The notes beneath the pieces are model-generated. The model was given only the letters and a program-made list of their open reading frames with translations. It was not told where the DNA came from and did not search any database. A stretch of 63,976 bases of DNA, the filler included, from Ionaspis alba (Eukaryota): NCBI GenBank assembly GCA_964255285.1. It is 4 parts of 4 records of this genome, joined end to end, with 100 filler letters (N's around TTAATTAATTAA, not from the genome) between each part and the next. Parts side by side here need not be neighbours in the genome. Positions count along the whole stretch, not along the records: positions 16,267 to 32,254 come from CAXUUL010000356.1; positions 32,355 to 48,329 come from CAXUUL010000357.1; 2 more parts are not named here. One strand, written 5' to 3'. A program made the translations under genes and the position numbers. Shown here in pieces: positions 26,173 to 39,100 of this stretch (positions within the stretch are counted from its first letter, which is position 1; each line of letters opens with the position of its first letter).

Positions 26173-27202
26173 ACGAAATATCGTTCTTGATGGTTTATTG
26201 ATTGTATCGTAAGTGTACTTGGAGTATTCGACTGATGTGTTTCGGTTAGTCTAGCATAAAATACACAGAAGGGCCTCATGATGCGTTACAAACCCTGGAT
26301 CTGTCACCTGATAGGGCTAATTTTCCTTCTTGTCTCTTTCTGACTACAATTCCATGCCTTTATCCTATACTCGTTTACTCTCCGTCCACATCCCCCACTC
26401 GACAACATCCTGTAGCGTCAACCACCGAGTTTACTCTCCCTGTCTTCACTTCTTCAGTCCTCGCCAGTCCCACAGGTCTCAGGATCATACTCACATCTCC
26501 ACACTATCTCCTCGTCATTCCTACCCTGTCAGTCCATACGAGATCCAATGGCCAGATCCCAGGAAAAAATGCTACCACGCATTTGCATTCGAATTCAGAT
26601 TTCGTCATCGTTTTCCACCTCCAGCAGGCGTTCCCTCACTGATCCTATCATCCTATCGTTCTTAAATCGGCTTAGTTCGCTCACTCCATTCTTCGCCTCT
26701 CAGCCCCTATAACCCTTATCCTATTTCAAGACCGACCCCATATCGCAGTGATGCTGCCCCCAAATCTTGCCCCACCTTCCCTGGCGAAATACCGTCCACA
26801 AGTCTCCCCGCCAACACCCCTCATCTCTAGAGACATAGATGGCCCGTCCCAGCTCACCAGCGGGACACTCACATCGTCCACTACCCGCAGATCGCCCACT
26901 CCTGTTGCTCCGCAGTCGGCAATCCCCATCTCTGCACCTCGACCTTCAACAGGCACATGACACACGAGTCAACAAACGGAGACAGGAGTAAATGTCCACT
27001 AAATCATGCATTCATTTGTATTTGGTGTCCCACGAGTCGGCTACCTACGACTTCTTCTATTGCGCATGAGGTGCGCCGTCAACAATCATCGTGCCAGCAT
27101 GCCCAACAGCATACGCGGAAAGCAACCTGAAATCTCCAGTATCTACATGATGCCCCGGCAATAGCAGCAAACCATTTTCCATCATGAGCACATCGCCTCA
27201 TA

Positions 27203-30200
27203 TTAATCGCCCCTTAACTGACTCTTCAAACCTAGGTTCTCCCTCTTCAAACGCATGTTCTCTTTCTTCAAGCGGGCAGCATCATCTTGTGCTTCTTTCA
27301 TCTTCATTCTCATTTCCTCCACACCTTGTCCACCTTTCACGGCCTTCAGCACTTTTCCCAGTTCGTCGTTGAAGCGTTCATAAAGAGCTTCGTTCTCTGC
27401 ATTCGCCTCACGGTAAAGCTCGTCTAGACTTTTGGACTTCTTCTCGCTAACCAGTAGAGAGGTTTCGATATCGGAAGAGATGGATGCGGAGCGGGCTGAA
27501 AGATCCGCAACTAATTTGGAGAGCTTGGTTTCAAGCGACTTTACCCGATTGGAAAGTGAAGTAACATCTGGTCTTTGAGCTGGACGCGACAAATTCAAGG
27601 CAGATAATTCGTGACCGATCTTAGAGAGCTCGGCCTGGAGGCTTGGTCCGGCTTCTTCTATTGCTTTTTTCTCATTCTGCAACCTCTCGCGCAGCTAGCC
27701 AGACCATCAGCACACTCAAGGCAGTAGTGGAACAACTTTAGCTTACCTTCTGCGGGCTTTGCATGCGGAGCTTTTGTGGTGAGGCTGCCATTTTCTTTGG
27801 GGACAGAGATGTCAAATTTTGCGAGCTAGGTCGTTCTTGAAGACCTCTGTTCATCGATGGAATAGCTGTTTGCCCTCCCTCACGCTTCTTAGGACTCAGA
27901 GGCGTAATTACTATTTCATCAGACTTCCTGTTGACAGCCCTTTCAGTCAACGTGTTTCGCATCGCTAGTGGCGAGTTTTCCTTCCGGCTCGGGGATCCAA
28001 ATCGCCTTGGAGAAGTGTCAAGCGATGCTGAAGGCAGTTGATGCTTCGTGGGAGACGGTGTTCGTAGATTAGACCGGGCAGTTTGGAACGGCTGTACAGA
28101 GGCTTCCCTGCTTGGACTCATGCGAAGCTGTGAAGGAGAGCCGAAAGACGGTAGACCAGAGTTTCGAACGGCTTTTAGATCTGAGAGTGAGCTTCTTCTC
28201 TTCTTCTTGGGCAGCGAACTGAAAGTCTCTGCGCCACCTTCGCCAATAGTCGTCAGGTTAGACAGCGCATTGTGGGCGCTTCCGGGTCGAGACCTTGATT
28301 CGTCATGAAAAGGACTCACGACTACAGGTTGGTCCTGCGAAACTGGACGGGCAGGCAAGGGCTTGCGGCTATCATTGTCCGTTGATCGAGAGCGAGACAA
28401 GAATGCTTTGGACAGACTTGAAGGTTGAGAAGATTGATAATCTGCTTCTGCTGAGCTCTTCTTACTCAAAGTCCGCCAAACTTGGCCCACTCTTGATTCT
28501 GGTTCTGTCTTACTATTCTCCCTGCTCAGAGTGCCGAAGCCGAACCTCTTTCGAATGGACGACGCATTAGAACTGAGCGATCCAGTATTGATGCTTCGAT
28601 TACGTTTCAGGGAGTCAGGCTGTGGACTGGACACAGAGGATTCCATTGGGGAAGCGTCTATAAACCCGTTAGCTACATGGCTAGCACCAGAGTAACAATA
28701 ATACCGTCAAATAGTATATCATAATCCTCCACCAGGCGATCTAGTAGTGTGACATAGCTATGAGGATTTCCTTCAATTATCAGAGCTTCAGTGAATGTCG
28801 CAATGAGCGCGCCTCGATCAGCATCATTGCTAGAAGCATCCAGTAAACTAACATGGTAAGGTCAGCTTCCAATTTAAGTTACGATCGTAGTTGGGCCCTA
28901 CTCAGAAAGAAGCTTGATCATTGCCGTGAAAGCTCTTCGATTCTGAGGTCCCATCTCCGTCAGGAGAGCCTTGAAGCNNNNNNNNNNNNNNNNNNNNNNN
29001 NNNNNNNNNNNNNNNNNNNNNNNNNNNNNNNNNNNNNNNNNNNNNNNNNNNNNNNNNNNNNNNNNNNNNNNNNNNNNGCCGTGAAAGCTCTTCGATTCTG
29101 AGGTCCCATCTCCGTCAGGAGAGCCTTGAAGCGCTCAACCACGTGAGCGATTCTGGACGAGTCTATAATAACCACGTAAGCTGACGCACAAAGGACTTCG
29201 GTAAGTTGATGCACACACCCGTCACCGTTTGCATGCTTCTCAAGACCTGTGTGGCGAGAACAGGTCCCATTCGTTGTTTCCATGCCTTGTTCAAGAACTT
29301 CTCGAAGGCGGCAAACAGTACGTCTACAGAGACAACCGCCGCAGCCTCGATCTTAGAAGGGTCCTCGACTGCTAAGCATTAGCATACAAATAGCACTATA
29401 CGCGCTGGATCTGTACCTAACGTATTGTAAAGTTCGTTGACAATGAGCTCATCAGCACCCGCTCGACCTCTGAGAATTTTTCCAACCACATTACCGCTCC
29501 TAGCACGTAGAGCAACTATGTATGCATTAAGAGTAGCTTCGAGATGCAACAAGGAGTCCTTGGCATCCGTTTCACTCGCATTAATCAGGGTCACCTTGTT
29601 ATGAGCTATATCATCCATTTGCTGCTTTTGTTGACTGTGGGATCGTGAGGGCAATTTCGTAGGGGGAAGCATGATGGGCACATCGCTCGAAAGAAGGCCG
29701 GAACGTGATTTTGTGGGGCTACTCAGATCTTTTGAGCTTCCAAGGAAATTGGATAATGCTTTCACGGGCGAGACAGGACGGAACCTGCGGGTTTGAGTCT
29801 CGTCGGTTGGAGGGCGCAGAGGCAAGGTCTCAACGACCTTCTGATGAAAGGAAATATGTGCATGGGCAAATTCTAATGTCTGGGGTTGGTAATGAAGTCG
29901 CTGCAAATTTCCAACTAGACATTGTGTAAGTAGAGTAATCTAGGAATGAATACGTGTAGACTTACGTCTCTTAGTAAAGACTGCAACGAATTCTTGGCTG
30001 GAAACATTGTCAGTTGAGGTCTGGTTTGCGAGACCGGTAAACTCCAGTCTATAATGGTCAGGTTCGAGGGGAGTGACAAGGATACTGATCTCAACAACAC
30101 GATCCTTTTGGTTGCCGGCTGAACTTCGTCTCTCGTCCTTGCCCTGATCGATGATGACTTTGATCCTTCCATGAGTAGTCCTAAATTTGCCCTCGTCGGC

Positions 30201-32240
30201 AGCATAATCGTTCTCAAAGATGGCTGCCAGAATGCCGAGATTCCCAACAGCTGGACTGATGGACCGCAGAGCCCATTTATCGCTATCCCGCATTGATTCC
30301 GGAAAACGCTGTTCGATCCGGGCTCGACCAACCTCCTCATTAAACCGAGCTGCCTTACCATCATAGGAGCCGAGCAAAGCAAATACACGTGTGATGGCAT
30401 AGAATTGACGGGTGTTGGTCAACCGTGTAGTATCTACAAAGTCTGATCTTCGAACACATGCTATTGACAGCAACTTTCCCTTATTTGATTCAGTTAATCT
30501 TGTCTCTTGAAGATGGAAGGAATATGCAAAGCTAAGATCCTTCGATGGGGATTTGCCATCAAGATCTTCACCCTGAACGGCGCTAGCTGCAGATGCTGAG
30601 CGGTCGATTTCTGCAAGAACACCTCGTGCAGACAGAGAATTGGCAGTCAACTTTCGAACGACGACCAAGCTATCAGGAAAGAGCATAAGAATGCTGGCTT
30701 GGCCTTCCTTCGCTGCTTCGTTGACACGATATGGCGATTTAAGCTCTGCCACATCCACTGCAGTAATGAGACGTCCGTTAGGAGACAGAGTTGTCGGCCA
30801 GGCTGCAACAAGATGTTTCAATCGTTTGGTTGTCAATGTCCTATCGACAGGTTGATCGCTGTCAAGGGCGCAGATATCGGTGATGATATCTTTCGCTTGC
30901 AGGAATAAGTTCATCGCTGGGTGAGTGGCGGGAAGCAGATTGACTAAATTGTCTATGAACAGGCTGTATCGGGGCAGACGTTGCACAGGCTCTATCAACC
31001 ATGATCTTAAACGTTGTTCTCCAATTGCTTGAATGCATTGGTAAAGTGGAGAAGTACGATCTCGGAGCAAGTCGTTGATTAACACTGGAAATTCCGAGCT
31101 TGCTCTGAGGTATTCCTGATATGGCTCTCGAAATTGTGGGAAGCATTCCCGTAAACATCTTGCAAAGGTCTCAGTGCCGGTAAGATCTCGAGGTCTTGCC
31201 CGCCCATGACTGTGATCTTCCTGCCTTTCTTCCCCATGGAATATATCCTGCATGACATCCTGCTCAGAGTCTTTGAGCATAGTTCGAACATTGGTCATCA
31301 AAACCGTGTTGACATTCAATATGCGATCCAAGGCGTCTGGGAACAGTCTCTTTAGTACCTTCTCATCCGAAGCAGCATCATGGATAGATCTCAGTTTCAC
31401 CTTGTGACGGAATTCTACCGCAACGCTATGTACGAGGTCGTGTATTTTTCCCACGTACCGCTCTTCCGTTTCGAGGAGTTCGCACATCTCTCGGCGAATC
31501 GATTCGTTCTGATCTTTAGATAGCGTTCTTGACTTGCCTATAGCGGTAGGTCTAGATGGTGCTCTCTTTAGTTTTGAAGTAGGCAGAAAAGCCGGCGAGC
31601 CAAAGAGCTTGATTAGATTCTCGTATCGTCCATAGTCAATGGATGGCCGGCCATCAGGTGCATGAAGAGATTTGTCATCCGGGCTGTCTGACAACCGACT
31701 CCGTGACATAGATTTTGGCGGGAGAACCACATCGATATCCGTCCACGACAACTCTTTATCCGCCAGTGCCGATCGTATATAGGCCGCAACCTCCTCCGTA
31801 TTTTCCACCTTTACCATGTTCCCAGCTAGGCCACCGGCATGCATATCATCGAACATTGCGGGCGCAGTACTGTCTGGTCGTCCGATAGCTGCCATCTCCA
31901 TGAGAGAAGACTTGACATTCCTGGGCATTTCCGCAAAATATTTGCATAAGCTAACTGCAAGTCCTCGGCATGTTTCGTCACCCTGCCTATCTTCTGGCAA
32001 GTAATTGACAGCAGCGTAGAGCGGAGAAGTGGGCGAGATTGTGAGGCGTGGATATGACTGAAACCCAGCGAGCGTGTAAACATGAGCTTGAATTCGAGAG
32101 CTGTTAAGTGTTGAATTTGTTGTAGTCGAAGGACCGTAAAAGATTACGACAGGAAGATTTGCCAAAAGAGCGTCTTTGGTGAAGTAGACAGAGACGACAT
32201 TAGTGTCCAGCTCAGCTGGAGCCGGAGCTACCACGACCAT
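27203..32240 (-). CDS. Rho guanine nucleotide exchange factor (DH domain; Gef2-like) with C-terminal coiled coil
   Basis: DH motifs REMCELLETEERYVGKI and LIEPVQRLPRYSLFIDNL. Multi-exon. A Ser-rich region precedes the terminal coiled coil LDELYREANAENEALYERFNDEL. Confidence 0.85.
28923..29132. other. 100-N scaffold gap flanked by an exact 55-bp duplication (assembly artefact)
   Basis: 28923-28977 is identical to 29078-29132. Confidence 0.92.
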
Positions 32241-32254
32241 AGCTGGAGTTGTCC

Positions 32255-32354
32255 NNNNNNNNNNNNNNNNNNNNNNNNNNNNNNNNNNNNNNNNNNNNTT
32301 AATTAATTAANNNNNNNNNNNNNNNNNNNNNNNNNNNNNNNNNNNNNNNNNNNN
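32255..32354. other. Artificial contig-joining spacer
   Basis: 44 N + TTAATTAATTAA (32299-32310) + 44 N. Confidence 0.97.
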
Positions 32355-32502
32355 ACATCGCCGTCCCTGCATTCGTATCCCACGATCATTCGGTCTGCGT
32401 CGTACATCATGAATCTAAGACCGGTGTATGGCCGAGCAAGCATTTTTGGTGATGCATTCGCAACGTATCCTAAGGAAGTCTATCACAAATGACAACATCC
32501 TC

Positions 32503-35407
32503 TCATAGCTTGTCGTAGTACTGCAGAGGAAGGTTAGCTCTGTGACATTTACGATTATTGAATGCTTTTTACTTACGTTTTCAACACCTGGTACGGCTTC
32601 CTTGATACCCTTTCTCTTTCGCATGGCTTGTACAATCGCACCAGGCTTCGTGGTGGGGTCGAGAGGCGATCCACCAGGTAAGATTTGCCAGTGGTCGAAT
32701 ACTGATTGTGGGAATGCCTGTCCACCAGTGGCCTGGCGGAGATCGGCGGTGAAGCCGAACGATTCATTGACAGGGAGATAAGCCTTGACGTTGAACAGTG
32801 GTGTTCCTGGACGCTGTTCTTCGGAGAAGACGTGACCTCTTCTCCGAGTGAGCACACCGTAGATACCACCCATCGCCTGCTCTGGCACCTGAATCTCAAC
32901 CAAGAAGATGGGTTCCAGAATACCTGGATTGGCGAGCAAGGCAGCGGCGTAAAGAACACGACGTGCAGTAGGGATGAGCTGTCCACCACCACGATGGATG
33001 GCATCAGCGTGTAGCGTGACATCCATAATGTTGAAACGAACAGAGCGCATGGGTTCTTCAGCAACAGGCCCTTCCTTTGTCGCCCATTGGAATCCGGAGA
33101 CCACAGAGTCCTTGATTTCGTTCAGGTACTGCACAGCCTTGGTCTGATCAACGAGCAAGTTGGCACCGGTGGTTTCAGGACCGAAACACCAGATCTTTCG
33201 GGCATCCGTGACGTCCCAGCCGTGGTCGTCGGCCAAAATACGAGCACGGGCCTTGAAATCGTCTCGTGGACCGATCTTGCCAGCCTCGATGTCCTTAGCT
33301 ACCTCCTCATCAAGAGGCTCTGCAATCATGTACAGACGGTTGTGCTTGTTGGGCGACTTCGAAAGAGCGGTGATACTTGACTTTCCGCCAACCGACTCAC
33401 GGTAAGAAACGACAGGGTCCGAGATTCTAAGCGGGACACCGGCATGGTCTTCTTCCAAATCCTTCAAGCAGATCTCCAAATGGAGTTCTCCAGCACCAGC
33501 GACAATGTGCTCGCCGGACTCCGAGATGAGAGTCAAGACACAGGGATCCGACTTTGACAGACGCTTAAGACCTTCGACCAGCTTGGGCAAATCATTGGCG
33601 TTCTTTACTTCGACTGATCGTCGCACGACAGGTGACACGGAGAACTTCATGACCTTTAAGTTATGTGCGGTCTCCGAGGTTGTCAGAGTACCGGATTTCA
33701 ACAAGAATTGATCGACACCGACCAAACCAAGAATGTTACCTGCTGGCACGTCCTCGATTGGCTCGATGAATCGACCCATCATGAGAATGGTACGCTGAAT
33801 AGCTTTGATGAATAGGTCTTCCTTCTTGCCGGGTGTGTAGTTTGGACCCTGAATGCGGACCTTGAGACCCGATCGAACGGTACCAGCGAAGACACGACCG
33901 AAAGCGTAGAAGCGGCCCTTGTCAGAGGTGGGAACCATCTTGGATACGTACAACATGAGGGGGGCCTTAGGGTCGCAATCACGGATACCAATGCAGGCCT
34001 CATCATCGGGTGGTCCCTCGTACAAGGTCTCTGCACGGTACCTCTGAGCAGTCACTGGAGATGGCAAGTGGAGACACATCATCTCGAGGAGAGCGTCTGC
34101 CGCGGGTAAGAACTTTCGCATCACAACCTTCAACAGTGGCTTCCCCTCCAGTTCCTTCTCTTCTCCAGTCAATTTGATGTCGAGCTTGCCGAGGAGAGCA
34201 ACGACTTCTTCCTTCTTGAAGTTCATCGTAGCCTTGAAGATCTTGAATATCGGCTCTAGGCAGAAAGCGTTGAAAGCACGCTCGAGAGGCTTCCCCTCAT
34301 GCTCTCCAACCTTGGTCCACTTCTTCGTGTGAGGGTTGAAGTAGTTGTCGCCCTAAATCGTGTTAGCAGAGGGGCATTGGCAGTCTGAACAGCGCGACTT
34401 ACCCATAGACGCTCCATCATCTTGGTCTTGTCGACACCGAACTTCTTGGCGTATTTGGAACCAAATTGACGGACAGTGAAAGCCCAGCCGTGAAGACCAG
34501 AACCAAAAGCTACGGTACCTTTGTTTGGGTACACCTGGACATCACCAAGCGCCCTATCAAAGTATGTGGCAATGATGACATTGACGGATTCGATCGTTCT
34601 CGAGAATGACTGATACAGATTCTCCTTCTCGACTTGCAATTCGAGCAGAGCGCGATCGACCTTGTTGACGATCACAACAGGCTTGATACGTTCACTAAGA
34701 GCTTGTCGAAGGACAGTCTCGGTCTGCACACAAACACCTTCCACACAGTCGACAACGACCAGGGCGCCATCAGTAACACGAAGGGCCGCAGTGACCTCAG
34801 ACGAGAAGTCGACGTGACCTGGCGAATCGATCAAATTGATCAAGAAATCGTTGCCATCCACCTTCTGAGGAATGTCCTTGAGATCTTCCGGGTCGGCCAA
34901 ATGAGCGTACAGGGAAATGGCGGTCGACTTGATGGTGATACATCGATCTTGTTCATCTTGACGAGTGTCCGTAAACCGTGCTTCTCCTGCCTTCGCAGCA
35001 GAGATAATTCCAGCGCGCTGAACAAGGGAGTCGGTGAGTGTGGATTTTCCGTGGTCGACTATAAGGCTTAGTGTCAATGTATTGAAAAGGTGGTAGGATT
35101 TTGAAGATGTTGCTGACCGTGGGCAATAACGGACATGTTCCGGATGTTGGCGACCTTGTCCATAAGGGCCCGGATCTTGTGCCTGATATTAGCTATGTCC
35201 ATTGTGATGATTTGTGCGAAGTGTGAGCTTGAGATGTACCTCTTCGACCGTAAAGCTACGAGAAGCGAACGGTTAGCCATTTGCCCTAATGTACTTGTGT
35301 CGAGTTTGATATAATTGTCTAGGCGACCGCCATCCGTTTGAACGGCCGGCGCATTACCAGAAGGCAGTATTGAAGGGATATATAGAGACTTTGACTTACT
35401 TGACCAT
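32503..35407 (-). CDS. EFT2: Translation elongation factor 2
   Basis: Six exons: [34 protein letters not shown]..., [12 protein letters not shown], diphthamide loop [12 protein letters not shown], and last exon YYDKL* (stop at 32503). Confidence 0.98.
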
Positions 35408-35721
35408 GATGGCGGTGTTGTTAGGTGACTTCTGCGAAAATTGTTATTTTCCTGGAGTATCAAGGACCCCGCTTTGCAGGACCGAGGGCTCGCTCGACCT
35501 GTTGTAAACTATGTAGAAAGTGTCGACGAACTCGACAATGATCGTGAAAGACCTTGAGGTCAAAAGAATGCTCAGAGTCTCCGTTCGTTGGAGTGTTGGA
35601 AGAAGAAAGGAAGCGGTCGGTAATGAAGAAATGGACTATGTGGGGGCTCTCGGATGATTTGAAAGCTATTTTTGCCCCGCCTGCGCTTAGAAAATGCGGT
35701 TAGCTCGTCAGGGCCAATTCG

Positions 35722-35751
35722 CAGTCACAGTCTTGGCAAGATTGCCCTAAT
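35722..35751. promoter_or_regulatory. HomolD box (CAGTCACA) plus GCCCTAA element upstream of EF-2
   Basis: CAGTCACA at 35722-35729. TTGCCCTAAT at 35742-35751 is repeated exactly in EF-2 intron 1 (35281-35290). Such motifs are typical of fungal ribosomal-protein and translation regulons. Confidence 0.5.
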
Positions 35752-35780
35752 TCACAGCTAATACTGACTGTCACTATGTA

Positions 35781-35934
35781 TGAGTCACTTAATATCGATT
35801 TCAATCGCTTTCATGTCATCTCAGCCAGGTTTTACAATGGACTAGAGAGATCTTCAGGTTTTGTTGAATGATGAGAGAATACTCGATCAATGGACCGACA
35901 ACCGAGAAAGGCATAAATTATTTAAATGACTCAT
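35781..35934. promoter_or_regulatory. Two Gcn4/CpcA-type consensus sites
   Basis: TGAGTCA at 35781-35787 and ATGACTCAT at 35926-35934, in the intergenic region upstream of EF-2. Confidence 0.35.
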
Positions 35935-36194
35935 TATTCAGCAGGTGTCGTTCTGGGTGACTTTAAATGACGACTTTGTAACTCTTCAGAGGATTTTATG
36001 GATGAGTGCATTATGAATATCTGAGAACTTTATACTGACAAAGCCCATCGGGTATCTCTAAGAAACAACTAGAATTAAAATGATTCATATGTGAAAATTT
36101 TGTGCAAACGAAAACGCCAGACCAGAAGTTACAGCTATTTTCCATACCTGGACTTCCCTCTATGTTCTTCCCATAACACGATACCTCCCGTAAC

Positions 36195-39100
36195 TCAAGA
36201 AGACCCGAGAATCTTCGAATAAGCATCATCGACCTCCTTCGCAACCTCCAATAGCGTGACAATAATAATCTGATGGGTAAGATTCGGCAACCTCTCCCGA
36301 TGAAGTCCAATCCACTCGAGCGGAGGCGTTGCTTCGCCCATATCTCGAAGTTGAGGGGTCTCAATGATGGGCGGTTCCAGAGCCGTGTATTGATACTTGG
36401 ACTGTGGTACATTGACCACTGCCGTGATCTTCTCCTGCTCTCCAGAAGACGACGGTTGATCATTGTCCACGCCACTGTCCGGCTCGGGCCCACCGGTGAT
36501 CTGTAGGGCGGATGGTGGAAGAGGCTTGCCCAGACGTTGAGCCAACGCTCGCGAGTGCTTGGCCCACATGCCTCGGATGAAGCTGATGCGTGAGTAGTTC
36601 CAGCCAACTTCGACTTTGCCCTCGAAGGAGCTTTTGAAGATGTAATCAATCTGGTAGGACTCTGGTGCTTGCCAGGTCTGCATCGTCGCAACGACTTTCG
36701 GGACCTTCAGGATCGTCCCTCCGCGAGAACTAGTCGCACTCTGGACGACCTCCTCGACGGACACTTCGCCCAACGTCTTTGGCGCGCTTGGTTTCGAAAC
36801 ACTGGACAGAGCTATTCGAAGTTGACCTAGTGTTAGACCTAGGTCGCTCTGTACCTTGTCGTCTTCGAATGCTACAGTGAATCTCGCCGAAGCGTCCAAG
36901 GCCTCTAGTTTGAAGATCTGGTTGTCGTAAAAGGTACTTGGGAAGGCACCGATATTGATGGTCCCGATGGCGACGACAACGTTAGTCTGAAGGCGGATTG
37001 GCGCTTTACTCGCTACTTCACTGGTTTTCTGGGGCGGCTTAGATGTTGGCTGTATGATACTCTGCACGACAGACGAGTTTCTTCTTAGATATTTCTCGAT
37101 GTCCTTCAAGGAGGTTTGATAAGCGGACTGTTTGTCTTGAATAAGCCGCTGTACGGCTTGGTACAAGCCTAGCCCTTGAGCAGAACTCGATGTGGTGCAA
37201 AAAGCTTGAATTTTGTCGCCTTTGACGATTCCAACTAACCGGTCGCCGCCAGAGAGATGTGTGTGACGAAGGTTGTACATGAGGAAATCTAGCGAGGCTA
37301 TGTCTGCGACAAGGAAGGCTTGGTAGTCGAATGCAATCTTGATACGAAGATCATCGAAGGCAAAGGAGGCTTGGATCAATGGGGTTTGTCTCTCTACTTC
37401 TTCTCGTGCTGGCCACCAGATAGACGTTCTTAGTTGTAGATTCTGTAGAACGACAGCCCCGCTCATTCTTCCCGTACTGTCTATAGAAATCCTGTCAAAG
37501 CCAAGGCAGAGGTTCTGTTCCCAATCGGAAGTCTTCTTGGATGATACCCAGAAGTCAGTGATGGAGAACTTTGACTTTCCCAAAGCTTGGCCAAGATCAA
37601 GTTGGACGTCAAGCTTGGTGATAGACAAGGTGGCGTTCCATGGGAAAGCTCCAGCCGCAGCAACTTGCTGATATCGTTGAACGGCAAATGCTGGAGAGTC
37701 TGGCGAGGTAGGTGGAGAAGAAGCTGGTTGGGAGTGCCGCATCTCTACAGGGATCCAGATCTCTCGAAACAAGAGAAAATCATGCAACTGTTTGACATTG
37801 ATCAACACTTTGGTCGGACTTATTTTGACGATCGCTGAGAGACCCTTGTTCGCACTGACATGTTTGCTGTTCATCAAGGATATGTTGATAGACTCAACCT
37901 CAAAACCCCCGGTCGACTCCCGGGAGTAGACATGCTGAACTGATGCTTGAGGGCGACTGAAGACTGCAGACACAGCGAAAAATCGACTTTGGTCTGTGGA
38001 CTGAACAGTGTTGACCGTAATGTAGATGTTTTCGAATTGTGCTGTTGCCGCAACTCTTGCGATAGGCTGACAACTTAGGCTGAATTGTTGGCGGCAGATT
38101 CGCAAGCCAAGATTGAGCCTGCAATCACCCAATATGGCAACTGGATCCGCAGTCTGCAGTGCCTTATCATCGAGAAACTTTGATGCTGCAGGTTTTGAGT
38201 CCGTGTCCATTAGCTTCTCCTCTGGTTCACCAACTATTTCCTTGACGCTAGAAGAGATTTCCAGTATCAATGGCACGATTGTGGGGAAAAGGACGTTGGT
38301 GGAAGCGTCGACCTTGATCTCCGCATTCAAGGACGGATCATCAACTCCAAGATTTTTGTATTCGACCTTCACAGCGATGCCAGGAGCTCTCAATGTTGTA
38401 CTGCTACTAGCGTCTTCATGGGTAAATTGACCATAACGACCATGTTGGGGTAGTCTTCCGCCACGAAGCATATTGTTTGCGATCAACTGCGGATCGGAGA
38501 CCTTCTTGCCCTGGATATAGACTGAAGCACCTGCAAAATCGGCATCAACCAGGAGCGATGATAGCTTCTTATTGCCCAGTACGTTTTTAGTTTGTCCTTC
38601 GCTCTGAGGCCACGATGCATTCCAATCTGCTACTACTTTGCGTAACTCCTGACTGGCTATGGCGATAGATCGTTGTAGATCGCTCGCTGGAAGTATGAAC
38701 TGTGACGTGAGTCGAAGATCTAGAGACTTGCCCGCAGCTTGGAAAGCGAATCTCCTGTCCTTCGAAGTCGATAGATACGCAACATTGAAGACGACCTCAG
38801 GAAGAAGTGCAGAGTTGAAAGATCTCTCAGTCCTAGACTGTGAAACAGGTACCATCTGAAGTTGAAAGCTTTCTATCGTCAGGCGTGCTGCATTGTGCTT
38901 CTGGGTAGCCAGATCGATGCGAGCAACTGTGAGAACCAGATCTTCGACCTCGTGACCCGGAGATGAAGGGGCCAAGTCGCCAACTCTCCAGCTAACTTGG
39001 ATATTGTTTACTTCAAGAGCGTACATAGACTTGAATAAGGTCTCGGAGAGCTCTTCTTCTTCGCTCTTCGATTCGGACTTCGGGGATTCCAACATTAGAG

